DNA of 64,000 nucleotides from a candidate division FCPU426 bacterium (GCA_963796105.1 CAWCKJ010000004.1:384001-448000), one strand, 5' to 3'; positions 36,096-45,290 are shown, counted from the stretch's first letter. Notes: a model not told the origin generated them from the letters alone. Translations and numbers: made by a program.

Positions 36096-36299
36096 ATGGA
36101 TTGCCGTGAAATTCATCAAAATTACGGTTCTTACCTTCAAAGCAAACTCTCCGCCGCTCAAATGGAATTCATTGACCAGCATATTTTAGATTGTCCCGAT
36201 TGCTTCCTGTTTTGCAAGGAATACCGGGAATCTTTTTTGGCGAAAGTGCTCCAACCCGGGGATTATTGGGTTCATGCCAAAGAAGCTGAAAGCAAATAA
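36096..36299 (+). CDS. zf-HC2 (anti-sigma-type zinc finger) small protein
   Basis: MDC.E......YL...L........HILDCPDC. Confidence 0.7.
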   Translation: MDCREIHQNYGSYLQSKLSAAQMEFIDQHILDCPDCFLFCKEYRESFLAKVLQPGDYWVHAKEAESK

Positions 36300-36455
36300 A
36301 GATTGAGCGGTTTGTCGCGTCCCGGAGTGGAATTTTCGTTCTTCCGGGCCATCCGGGAACATCGGCGTCCCTGGAAGTTTGCCACTTGGGAACCTACAGA
36401 TATCAACTTACCGCTTCCCTTCTAACTTGCCAAGTTGTCCGAAAACATCCTAAAC

Positions 36456-36692
36456 CTACTTTCTCATCGATTTAGGTTCTTTTCTAGGATCGAAATAAGT
36501 CTTCCCGTCCTTTGCCATTTGCCACGTTGTCATTACCAGGTTCATTACAAGAGGCAAAGTGTCCTCGTCCATCTTGTTGACCCGGATTTTATTGTGGCGG
36601 CGAAGGGCCCTGTTGGCTAATCGCTTATCCCATTTCTCGGAATCCGCGCAGCATATTCCGCGTATTGATGTATGCCGTCTGGAGCGGCTCAT
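36456..36692 (-). CDS. Small basic hypothetical protein
   Basis: RBS present; MSRSRR...SEKWDKRLANRALRR...WQMAKDGK...MRK. Confidence 0.6.
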   Translation of the reverse strand: MSRSRRHTSIRGICCADSEKWDKRLANRALRRHNKIRVNKMDEDTLPLVMNLVMTTWQMAKDGKTYFDPRKEPKSMRK

Positions 36693-36826
36693 TTCCCTTT
36701 ACCTCGATTTCCTTTATTTAGGCAAAGCCGGAAAATGTACCGCTGTTTTCCCTTTCTGTAAAGTCACCCCGCTCGCGAGCTTGGTTTTTTGATAAGATAA
36801 CGCTATAAATAAGGAAGAGGTCATTC

Positions 36827-37711
36827 TTGTTATACCGCAGAAAAATCTTATTATCTTTATTACAGGCTTTAGACCGCAGAATCGATTCCGTCAGCTTTCA
36901 AAAGATCCTTTTTCTCCTAACCGAAAGACAACGTTCCAAAAGTTTTGATTTTATTCCCTACCGTTTTGGTTGTTATTCCTTTCAAGCGAATGCGGAATTA
37001 AAAGTCTTAGAACGTCATGGCTTTTTGAAAGACATGAATAATGTCTGGAAAATGGTTAGTGGGGAAAATTGGATAGAGCAATTGGAGGATACCGACAAAT
37101 CAAGCCTTCTGGCCGTCGTACATGAGTTCGGAAGCTGGACTAAAGATAAATTAATTTATTGGACCTATTCGCAACATCCTTACTATTCAATTAATAGCGA
37201 AATCGCACGCGAATACTTAAATGACCATGAAATGATTTTTAGGGAAACAGCCCGCCCGAATCCCCATGGAACGGTTTTATTCACAACTGGATATGAGGGG
37301 ATATCCCTGGAAAGTTATTTAAATCGCTTGATAAACGAAGGGGTGAAATTACTTTGCGATGTCCGCAAAAATCCGATAAGCATGAAATATGGCTTCTCCC
37401 GCAAAACTTTGGAAAAAACCTGTGATGGTGTTCACATCAAATATAAACATATCCCAGAATTGGGAATCGATGGAGAGATGAGAAAGAACCTCCTTTCTAA
37501 AGATGACTATGACCGTTTATTTGGGATGTATGACCAAGAAATACTTCCCTCGGCTACGAAACAACAGGAAGAAGTCTTGGAATTGCTTAAATCTTATGGG
37601 CGGATTGCTTTGACTTGCTTTGAAGCCAATCCACGCTTTTGCCACCGTTCGCATTTGGCCGCGGCAATTGAAAGCCGGTCAAAAAACAAGTTCGAGGTTC
37701 GCCACCTTTAA
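36827..37711 (+). CDS. DUF488 family protein with N-terminal extension
   Basis: LFTTGYEG, LCDVRKNPIS.KYGFS, YKHIPELGI, ALTCFEANPRFCHRSHLA (Cx7CHR). Confidence 0.88.
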   Translation: MLYRRKILLSLLQALDRRIDSVSFQKILFLLTERQRSKSFDFIPYRFGCYSFQANAELKVLERHGFLKDMNNVWKMVSGENWIEQLEDTDKSSLLAVVHEFGSWTKDKLIYWTYSQHPYYSINSEIAREYLNDHEMIFRETARPNPHGTVLFTTGYEGISLESYLNRLINEGVKLLCDVRKNPISMKYGFSRKTLEKTCDGVHIKYKHIPELGIDGEMRKNLLSKDDYDRLFGMYDQEILPSATKQQEEVLELLKSYGRIALTCFEANPRFCHRSHLAAAIESRSKNKFEVRHL

Positions 37712-39069
37712 TGATTCGCAAGCGAATATTAATTACCGTCAAAACCTACCCTGTTTTATCCGCGAAATACCAAGAGCTGGTTTGTACCGCTGGTTTCCTT
37801 GAAGATGGAAGTTGGATTCGCATATATCCCGTTCCTTTCCGAAAAATCGATATCGAAAAACAATATCAAAAATACCATTGGATATCTGCGGATATCGAGA
37901 AAAGTCAAAAAGACGATAGGCCTGAAAGTTTTCGTATAGTTGACCTAAATACCCTCGAAGTGCAAGAAGAGGTCCCGACCGATAAAGATGGCGTTTGGGA
38001 AGCCCGGCGTAGATTAGTATTGAAAAATATCCAAACTTCTAAAAAAGCAATCATTGATGGAGCCCATGCGAATAAATTTTCTCTCGTGGTTTTTAAACCA
38101 AAAAGATTCATAAAATTCCAATGGGAACCCGAGGAAGACCGGGATTGGGACCCGGACAAAATAGCCGCCTTGGAAGACGTTCGAAAACAACTAGATATTT
38201 TCACGGGTCTTCAAGATCCGTTTAAAGTCGTTAAGAAAATTCCTTATAAGTTTTTTTACGAATTTGAGGATGAAGCCGGTGAAAAAAGCCGTTTGATGAT
38301 TGAGGATTGGGAAATCGGGGCTTTATATTGGAATTGTTTTAAAACTACTAAGGATGAAAATGCAACGTGTGAGTTAGTAAAAAAGAAATATTGGGATGAT
38401 TTTGTTTTAACGAAAGATATTCACTTGTTCCTTGGAACAACTAAGGAATATCATTTCAAAAAAGCGCCGAATCCCTATTTGGTTGTTGGAGTTTTTCCGC
38501 AAAACCCAAAGTGCAAGGAAATCTTTTCGGAAATTAAAATGGAAAATAATTATAATCTTGAATGCCCGATATGTGGAAATACTTATTATTTGAGTATCTC
38601 TTCTTTTCCTGAATGTTCTTTTTGTATTTCGGATCGAATGACCAATTTTGGTTTGACTGAAGAACACCAAAAAGAAAATCCAAATAAATCTTATATTTCT
38701 GCAGGCCTGAGTCCACAAGCAATTTTTGAATACATGGCCAGTGGTAATGTTGATTCAGTTTATTACTCGCAGGAACACAATAGCTACAATGCCGTGTGTA
38801 ATAAACCACTTGGGTTGATCCCAGGTTCCGGTTTGACGGGGGATATTCCTGAGGCCCGAGAGTCCGCTGTTCTTTATGATTTGGAAGGAAAAAGCGAGAA
38901 GGGTCCACATTTTGCTTTTTACGATCAAGAAGGGATTTCTAATCAAGTAGAAGAAGGAAAGTGGCTACCTATCCCACTTTGTAAAAAGTGCAGGATTTTC
39001 CGAGCTAAGTATGATTCCGATAAATGTATTCAATGTTTAAACGAAGAGATGGATAATATTTTCCAATAA
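37711..39069 (+). CDS. DUF488-associated protein (OB-fold-like by inference), apparently fused by a frameshift to a downstream Cys-rich protein (38539-39069)
   Basis: TAATG coupling to DUF488; ITVKTYP...ELVCTAG...WIRIYPVPFR and IEDWEIGALYW motifs; C-terminal part has CPIC/CSFC/CKKC/CIQC. Confidence 0.7.
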   Translation: MIRKRILITVKTYPVLSAKYQELVCTAGFLEDGSWIRIYPVPFRKIDIEKQYQKYHWISADIEKSQKDDRPESFRIVDLNTLEVQEEVPTDKDGVWEARRRLVLKNIQTSKKAIIDGAHANKFSLVVFKPKRFIKFQWEPEEDRDWDPDKIAALEDVRKQLDIFTGLQDPFKVVKKIPYKFFYEFEDEAGEKSRLMIEDWEIGALYWNCFKTTKDENATCELVKKKYWDDFVLTKDIHLFLGTTKEYHFKKAPNPYLVVGVFPQNPKCKEIFSEIKMENNYNLECPICGNTYYLSISSFPECSFCISDRMTNFGLTEEHQKENPNKSYISAGLSPQAIFEYMASGNVDSVYYSQEHNSYNAVCNKPLGLIPGSGLTGDIPEARESAVLYDLEGKSEKGPHFAFYDQEGISNQVEEGKWLPIPLCKKCRIFRAKYDSDKCIQCLNEEMDNIFQ

Positions 39070-39229
39070 GTCTATCAGTTGGAAAAAGCCTTCCCCCTGG
39101 CTTGAGGTCACATACCGAGAAATGAGTAGTTATGCCCACTTCATAGGGTAGTTGGCCCCTGCCTCTTAGCTTACAGCCAAGAGGGCCATCTTTTTCTTTT
39201 GGGCAGCCATGGAAAGCTCCTTTTTCACT

Positions 39230-39368
39230 GAAAACCAAATTTACCATAGGGACACATACCGCTATTTATAAAACTAGTAATGAATGCGGCATAGTACCGA
39301 TCTCGATAATCCTTTTATGGAAGATCGGCACAGAGACCCAGCTTTCCGGCGGAAATGTGGGCGGGAAA
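39230..39368. repeat. Double-hairpin direct repeat, left copy
   Basis: agggacacataccgctatttataaaact...gcggcatagtaccgatct...gatcggcacagagacccagctttccggc, repeated at ~40763-40885. Confidence 0.9.
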
Positions 39369-39436
39369 CCAGGCCCGGGCCTTGGAGATATCCAGGAGGG
39401 GGAATAAGGAAAAGCCCGCCCTAAAAGACAGGTACC

Positions 39437-40630
39437 TCACCCTAATAATTGAGTTGGATTGGACTGGAAAAAATCCGCTAGATCCATACCGCCGGTCCCA
39501 ATACTTAACACTTTTGCCTTGGGGTTCTTCTTGAGGAAAGCCTCCAGCCCCGCGCCCGGGACGCTCTTGCCGGTTTTCACTTCCAAGGCCCAAGTTCTTG
39601 CCGCGGTCCTCACCACGAAATCCACTTCCTTGTCACGGTCCCGCCAATAAAACACCTCCCCGAACGACCGGTTCAAGTGGTTCAAAAGGTGGGCTCCCGC
39701 CGCGTTTTCCACCAATCGGCCCCAGGCCTTCCCATCCTGCTTGGCCTGGGCAAATGACATGGCCCGGTGGGCCGAGACCAGGGCGTTATTCCAAAGAATA
39801 AGCTTGGGACTGCTGCCCCTCTTGGCAGCCTTCCCGCTTCGATAGGACTCCAAGCCGCTGACGATATAAGCGCTCTCCAATAGTTTCAAGTAATGGGCCA
39901 AGGTGGTGGTATTTCCCGCGTCCTGCAGCTGCCCGAGCATTTTGTTGTAGGAGAATATCTGGGCGGGATAGCCCGCCGCCAATCCGAAAAGGTGCCTCAA
40001 CAAGGCGGGCTTTGCCACCGTTTGAAGCTGGAGTACGTCCCGCGACAAAACCGTTTCCACCAGGGAATCGGTGACATAGCGTTTCCAATCCTCCTCTTTA
40101 TCCCGGAATTGGGCGGAACCCGGGTATCCCCCGAAAAAGATCCATTCCTCCAGGTTCCAGCCGAAAGCCTCCTTCATTTCCGCGTAATCCCAATGGCCGC
40201 AACGGTATTGGAAGAACCGACCGGCGAGGCTATCCGTCAGCCCTTTTTGGACCAGTAACGCTGATGAACCCAGCAGCAAAACACGGAGGCCCTTTTGCTC
40301 GTGCAATTCCCTGTCCCAAAGGAGTTTGACGGTCTCGCTCCAGCCCCGTACCTTTTGGATTTCATCCAAAACAAGGAGGACTCTTTTGTCGGGTCCGCAC
40401 TTGGCCAGGGCCAAGTCCCACTGGGAATGGACCCATTCCGGTCCGGGAGGGAGGGGCGCGTCCGCCGCCGCGAAGACCGTTTCACCCTTCCACTTGCCGG
40501 CGATTTGCCTGGCGGCGGTAGTCTTTCCCGTCTGGCGGGGGCCTGTTAAGACATGGAGCACCCTGGTTCTACCTTCCAGGGCCGCCAGGATTTCCTTGAC
40601 GACGGGACGCTCGTAATGGGCATCTTTCAC
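39437..40630 (-). CDS. AAA_14 ATPase with DUF4143 / C-terminal PD-(D/E)XK-like domain
   Basis: GPRQTGKTT, LVLDEIQ, LLGSS, SLAGR, GGYP, GRLVEN, EVDFVV...ALEVK. Confidence 0.9.
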   Translation of the reverse strand: MKDAHYERPVVKEILAALEGRTRVLHVLTGPRQTGKTTAARQIAGKWKGETVFAAADAPLPPGPEWVHSQWDLALAKCGPDKRVLLVLDEIQKVRGWSETVKLLWDRELHEQKGLRVLLLGSSALLVQKGLTDSLAGRFFQYRCGHWDYAEMKEAFGWNLEEWIFFGGYPGSAQFRDKEEDWKRYVTDSLVETVLSRDVLQLQTVAKPALLRHLFGLAAGYPAQIFSYNKMLGQLQDAGNTTTLAHYLKLLESAYIVSGLESYRSGKAAKRGSSPKLILWNNALVSAHRAMSFAQAKQDGKAWGRLVENAAGAHLLNHLNRSFGEVFYWRDRDKEVDFVVRTAARTWALEVKTGKSVPGAGLEAFLKKNPKAKVLSIGTGGMDLADFFQSNPTQLLG

Positions 40631-40675
40631 GAAAGCAACCTTAACTGCCCTCTCGCGAAGGCAAAGGGGAATTAC

Positions 40676-40720
40676 AAAATACTCAATCGTTGAGTATTTT
40701 TACTCATTCATTGAGTATTT
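40676..40720. promoter_or_regulatory. Tandem palindromic operator upstream of the ATPase gene
   Basis: AAAATACTCAA-tcg-TTGAGTATTTT immediately followed by TACTCA-ttcat-TGAGTA. Confidence 0.65.
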
Positions 40721-40762
40721 TGCAAGCCTTTTCCACACATCGTTTCGGGAAATGTGGGCGGG

Positions 40763-40885
40763 AAAACCATAATTCACCACAGGGACACATACCGCTATTT
40801 ATAAAACTGATAATGAATGCGGCATAGTACCGATCTCAATAATCCTTTTATGGAGGATCGGCACAGAGACCCAGCTTTCCGGCAG
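40763..40885. repeat. Double-hairpin direct repeat, right copy
   Basis: Near-identical to 39230-39350. Confidence 0.9.
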
Positions 40886-40942
40886 AATATTCCCGCTTCC
40901 CGACAGGGTTTCCGGCGCATGTTCCTAGGCCCAACAAAATCG

Positions 40943-41011
40943 AGGTGTTAACAGTCACCCCAAGTGTTAACACCTGAAAAATTGCGGTGTTAACAGCAGG
41001 TGTTAACACCC
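40943..41011. repeat. Four GTGTTAACA sites
   Basis: ggtgttaacag, agtgttaacacc, ggtgttaacag, ggtgttaacacc. Confidence 0.85.
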
Positions 41012-41049
41012 TAATATCGCCGGAAATGTGGGCGGGTTATCCTCCCTTG

Positions 41050-41180
41050 CCGGTAGGTGTCACCAGGTTATCTCGGCTTTCCGGCGAAAATGCCGGTAGC
41101 TGTCACCAGGTTATCCCGGCTTACCGACGGAAATACCGGTGGGTGTCACCAGGTTATCCTGGCTTACCGACGGAAATGTG
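41050..41180. repeat. Three tandem ~43-bp repeats
   Basis: ccggtRgStgtcaccaggttatcYYggcttWccgRcgRaaat x3. Confidence 0.85.
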
Positions 41181-41511
41181 GGCGGTTTATCCTCATGTTC
41201 CCGGAGCCGGATTGTGCCACTTCGGGGCGATTGTGCCAAACCGGTAAAAAATCTGTCACTGGCCAGCCACTTTAACCCCCCTGGCCGCCTACTTTGCCCC
41301 CCCTCTTTTGGGCACTTCGAGGGGTGCCTGTTTCGGGGACTTCGACCCCTGCCTTGCGGGGCCTCTTTTTTAGATTAATTTAGACCCATCAAACTCCTTT
41401 CACAAGATGCGTTTTGCTTCCCCAACATTGGATGATACGAAGTCCCGCGCAAATCCCGTAACCAATAGGCGCAAGATTGCACGAATAAGACAGCATCGAA
41501 CGATGGGTTTC

Positions 41512-42291
41512 TCATAGTTTTGCCTCTTTTTCCCTGCTGTGTTCTTTTTTCATTTCTTCGCGCATGGAACGGGTCCGAAAGGAAGGGCCCTGAATGACGA
41601 CGGCAGTGGCATGGTGGACCAGGCGGTCCATGGCAGCCGAGGCTAGGAGGGCGTCGCCGAAAAGCTCCGGCCACTCCCGCAGACTGCGGTTGGTGGTAAA
41701 AATCAAGGAGCCCTTTTCATAACGCTCACAGATGATGTCGTAAAAATCCTCGGCGACCTTGGTGTCGAAGGGCTTGAGACCCCAGTCGTCCAGGATCAAG
41801 AGGTCGGGTTTCAGGAAGGATGCGAATCGGTTTTCCCAGGTACCGTCCCCGCGCGAGGCCGCTAATCGTTGGGCCGCATGCGAGGTCTTGATAAAGAGTA
41901 CCTCATAACCCTTGCGGCAGACTTCATGGGCCAAAGCGCAGGCCAAATGGGTTTTGCCCACACCTGAGGGACCGATGAAAAATAGGTTCTCTTTTCGCTC
42001 CACGAAAGAACAAGTACCCAAATCCAGGATTTGTTGCCGGTTGATGGCCGGGTTGAAGGCGAAATCGAACCCCGTTAGAGTCATATGGGTTGAGAAGCCC
42101 GCCTTTTTCAGCCTTCTTTGGAGTTGGCCCACTTGGCGGCGCTCCAGCTCATCCAACAGCAACTGGCCCAGGAAATCCATATAACCGATCTGGGATTCAA
42201 TGGCCTGCTGGTTTCGGATTTCCAGCGTCTCCAACATACCTGCGAGTTTTAACCTTCTCAGGTGCGGCTCCAACTGATGTTTATTTTCCAT
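41512..42291 (-). CDS. istB: IS21 helper ATPase
   Basis: GPSGVGKTHLA, LLILDDWG, TTN...W, AAMDRLVHH; start at MENKHQ. Confidence 0.95.
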   Translation of the reverse strand: MENKHQLEPHLRRLKLAGMLETLEIRNQQAIESQIGYMDFLGQLLLDELERRQVGQLQRRLKKAGFSTHMTLTGFDFAFNPAINRQQILDLGTCSFVERKENLFFIGPSGVGKTHLACALAHEVCRKGYEVLFIKTSHAAQRLAASRGDGTWENRFASFLKPDLLILDDWGLKPFDTKVAEDFYDIICERYEKGSLIFTTNRSLREWPELFGDALLASAAMDRLVHHATAVVIQGPSFRTRSMREEMKKEHSREKEAKL

Positions 42292-42304
42292 ATATGCTTC
42301 CTCC

Positions 42305-43861
42305 TCAATTTTTATCCAGAGCCAAGGCACGGAGGAAATCCTCCGCGGGCCGGGCGAAATCGAAAGACGACTGGGGTTTGAGTGAAGGATCCGACGGCGG
42401 GTCCAACGGGTTTTGATCGAGGTTCTTTTGAAGGATGTTTTTGATGGATTGGTACGTGTAGTTTCCGAAATGGAGGGCCCTTAGACAGGCTGCCTCCAGA
42501 CGGGAAGGCAGGTACTTTTCCCTCAAGCGCAGAATGCCCTGGGCTTTGCGCAGATGGTCCAGGGGGTGGGAGTGTTCCAGCAGGAGTTGGATTAATTGAT
42601 GGGTATTAGGTCCAATGGCCTGGGCCTGTTTGAGGCACCATTGTGGGGTTCGTTCCAAGAAGACCGCTTTTTCAGGGGGATAGTGGCCCGGGTTGGTGCG
42701 CCAGGTTCCCTTGCGTGTGGCCTTGGCGTGGGAAGCCACGCATTCGTGTTTGAGAAATATATCAACGGTGGTGTCGGTTAATTGGGCCAGTAGTTTTTGG
42801 CCCCGAAGACGGTAGGGAGCCGAGTAATAGGAACCTTCCACGACTACGTGGCAATCGGGGTGCAGAGTGGCTTCTTTGAAGAAAGTTGGATGGTAAGCCG
42901 CGGTAGGCAGGGGCAAAAGGGCCTTCTGTTCCACGCTCTGGAAGACGGCCAAGGGTTGAAGCCGGGTGGTGCCATGATCCCGTAAACCTGCCTTGTTCAT
43001 CACCCAATCGCGGAGTTGATGGTTGGCATCGGTGCGGCCCTGGAAGGAACGACCCTTGAAGAAGGAATTACGGACATAGGGCACGCCGCGTTCAACTTTA
43101 CCCTTGTGGCGTGGAGTGGCGACGCGGCAAGGGGAGATGATGAAGCCGTAATGGTTGGCGCATTCCACGTAGGTACGGTTGGCCAAGGGATCATAGAGGG
43201 CCGCCTTGACGATGGCGCTTTTCAGGTTATCGATTACGATTTTTTTAGGGACTGAATTGAAGAACTCGAAAGCCCGGCGGTGGCAGGCGATCCAGGTTCT
43301 CACGTCCTGTGCGAATACAATCTCGGCGTACATATGCCGGGAATGGGAAAGGGTCATCACGAAAACCCAGGCCTTGGCTTGCTTGCCACGCGTCTCGTCC
43401 CACAAGCGGCCCAAAAGCCCGAAATCCACTTGGGCCTCCTCGCCGGGCGCAACCTCCAGCCTCACGTAGGCGGGTTTCTCATTGCGAAAAGGCTCCGTAT
43501 ACCTCTTCAGGGTCGAGTAACTCCCCTTCCACCCGTGCCGCTCTTGAAGCATCTCCTGGATGCGAATCAAGGTGAAATCTTCCTTCAACCATTCTTGGAT
43601 GATTCCCTTGAGGGCCTCCAAGGCATGAGCGGGAACGGGCGTGGATTTTTCGCCGTCTTCCCAAGCCTTCGCCAAATCCTTTTCCAGGGGAAGTTCCCCT
43701 TGGAGAAAGCCATGTTCTTTCGCCCAACGCACGTATTGCTTGACCGTGTGCTTATTGCATCCCAGGGCCCGGGCAGTGGGTTTGAACCCGCCCAAGGCCT
43801 GGTAAGTCCTCAAAATCTCACGAATAGTCGCCATGTCGCTCTGCCTCCCTTGTCGGGTCAT
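42305..43861 (-). CDS. istA: IS21 DDE transposase
   Basis: PGEEAQVDFG, LSHSR, IDNLKSA, KGKVER, YYSAP. Confidence 0.95.
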   Translation of the reverse strand: MTRQGRQSDMATIREILRTYQALGGFKPTARALGCNKHTVKQYVRWAKEHGFLQGELPLEKDLAKAWEDGEKSTPVPAHALEALKGIIQEWLKEDFTLIRIQEMLQERHGWKGSYSTLKRYTEPFRNEKPAYVRLEVAPGEEAQVDFGLLGRLWDETRGKQAKAWVFVMTLSHSRHMYAEIVFAQDVRTWIACHRRAFEFFNSVPKKIVIDNLKSAIVKAALYDPLANRTYVECANHYGFIISPCRVATPRHKGKVERGVPYVRNSFFKGRSFQGRTDANHQLRDWVMNKAGLRDHGTTRLQPLAVFQSVEQKALLPLPTAAYHPTFFKEATLHPDCHVVVEGSYYSAPYRLRGQKLLAQLTDTTVDIFLKHECVASHAKATRKGTWRTNPGHYPPEKAVFLERTPQWCLKQAQAIGPNTHQLIQLLLEHSHPLDHLRKAQGILRLREKYLPSRLEAACLRALHFGNYTYQSIKNILQKNLDQNPLDPPSDPSLKPQSSFDFARPAEDFLRALALDKN

Positions 43862-44317
43862 GCCGTTCTCCTCACATGAAGTGAAAAAAGAAAGGAATGA
43901 CGGTTAGAGAGGCCCTTGGCAAGGGGGTCAAAGTCGGTGGCCAGACAGGGGGTCAAAGTGACTGGCCAGAGGTGGGGTCAAAGTGCTTGGCCAGCTAGGG
44001 GGTTAAAGCTCGCGGCCAATGACAAAAATCGGCATGTCACCGAGTGGCACAATGGCACAATCGGTTGGCACAATCAAAAACGGTTGTTAAAAACACCAAT
44101 AAAACCACAGTTTTATCTGACACCGGGTTATTGGCGCCCATTATCTTGGCGCCAACACACCCAAATCACATGCTTCGCCTTGTAGGCTCAGCATAGGGGT
44201 ATCCTGGCCGATTATGCCACTTTTTGGGGATTGTGCCACTTCGGGGCGATTGTGCCAAACCGTCAAATCCCGAAACCTGCGGGCAGGAATGTGGGCGGTT
44301 TATCTCCCTACCGACGG

Positions 44318-44638
44318 AAACTCGAGAATCTTGGAACTCTGGAACTCACCTGGAACCACCAAAATTCGAGAATCTTGGAACCTTGGAACTCTGGAACTCA
44401 CCTGGAACCACCGAAATTCGAGAATCTTGGAACCTTGGAACTCTGGAACTCGCCTGGAACCACCGAAACTCGAGAATCTTGGAACCTTGGAACTCTGGAA
44501 CTCGCCTGGAACCACCGAATTTCGAGAATCTTGGAACCTTGGAACTCTGGAACTCGCCTGGAACCACCGAAACTCGAGAATCTTGAAACCTTGGAACTTT
44601 GGAACTCGCCTGGAACCACCGAAACTCGAGAATCTTGG
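44318..44638. repeat. About 6 tandem copies of a 52-bp unit rich in TGGAAC (VNTR-like)
   Basis: gaaaYtcgagaatcttggaaccttggaactctggaactcRcctggaaccacc repeated head-to-tail without spacers. Confidence 0.95.
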
Positions 44639-44750
44639 TGCCGCCTCATGACCATAGACATCTAGCCCAAAAAACCGCCATGTCCTTAGTTCCCCGGCCC
44701 CAAAGTCGCCGGAAAACCTCAATAATTCAAAATTCCCGTTTTTGGGGCTA

Positions 44751-45290
44751 TCACACCCGGTATATAGCCCTGGTTTCCTCCGCCGTAAAACCGATGCGTT
44801 TTTTGTGTTTCTCGGGGACTTTCATCAGCTCCCTTATGGCGTCAAATACCGCCAGGAATTGGGCATCGTGGGAATTGAACTTTTTTTCCAATTCTTCCAA
44901 TCGCTTGGCAAAATCCTTGTTTGAAGCCAATATCTCCCTCAGACGGGCAAAAGCCCTCATAATCTCGATATTTACCCTAATCGCTCTTTTACTTCGAAGC
45001 ACGCTGGAAAGCATGGCAACGCCTTGTTCAGTAAAGGCATATGGAGTGGCTCGACGCGCCCCGCCCCAACTTGAAATTCCAATTTGGAATTTCAAGTTTT
45101 CTGCCTCTTTTTGGTTCAATTGAAACATGAAATCCGATGGAAATCGGTCGAGATTTCTTTTGACGGCTTTATTAAGGTTAAATGTCGTAACCCCATAAAG
45201 TTCAGCCAAATCATGCGATAACATTATTTTCCGGCCACGAATAAAGAATATTTTTTGTTCAACATAACTTTGCGAAATTATCTCACTCAT
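44751..45290 (-). CDS. ORF6N domain DNA-binding protein
   Basis: IRGRKIMLSHDLAELYGV...LNKAVKRNLDRFPSDFMFQL...PYAFTEQGVAMLSSVLRS.RAI.VNIEIMRAF. Confidence 0.92.
   Translation of the reverse strand: MSEIISQSYVEQKIFFIRGRKIMLSHDLAELYGVTTFNLNKAVKRNLDRFPSDFMFQLNQKEAENLKFQIGISSWGGARRATPYAFTEQGVAMLSSVLRSKRAIRVNIEIMRAFARLREILASNKDFAKRLEELEKKFNSHDAQFLAVFDAIRELMKVPEKHKKRIGFTAEETRAIYRV

Larger units (their letters stand above)
41254..44024 (-). mobile_element. IS21-family insertion sequence
   Basis: Ends TGTCA...TGACA; 6-bp target duplication AAAATC (41248-41253 and 44025-44030); reiterated ggggtcaaagt..tggcca subterminal repeats; istA and istB present. Confidence 0.95.

Noticed and set aside
39005..39247. 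80-aa minus-strand ORF
   Set aside because: It overlaps the convergent gene, starts inside the repeat, and has no recognisable motif.
44318..44638. CRISPR array
   Set aside because: Units are head-to-tail with no unique spacers, and no cas genes are in the window.
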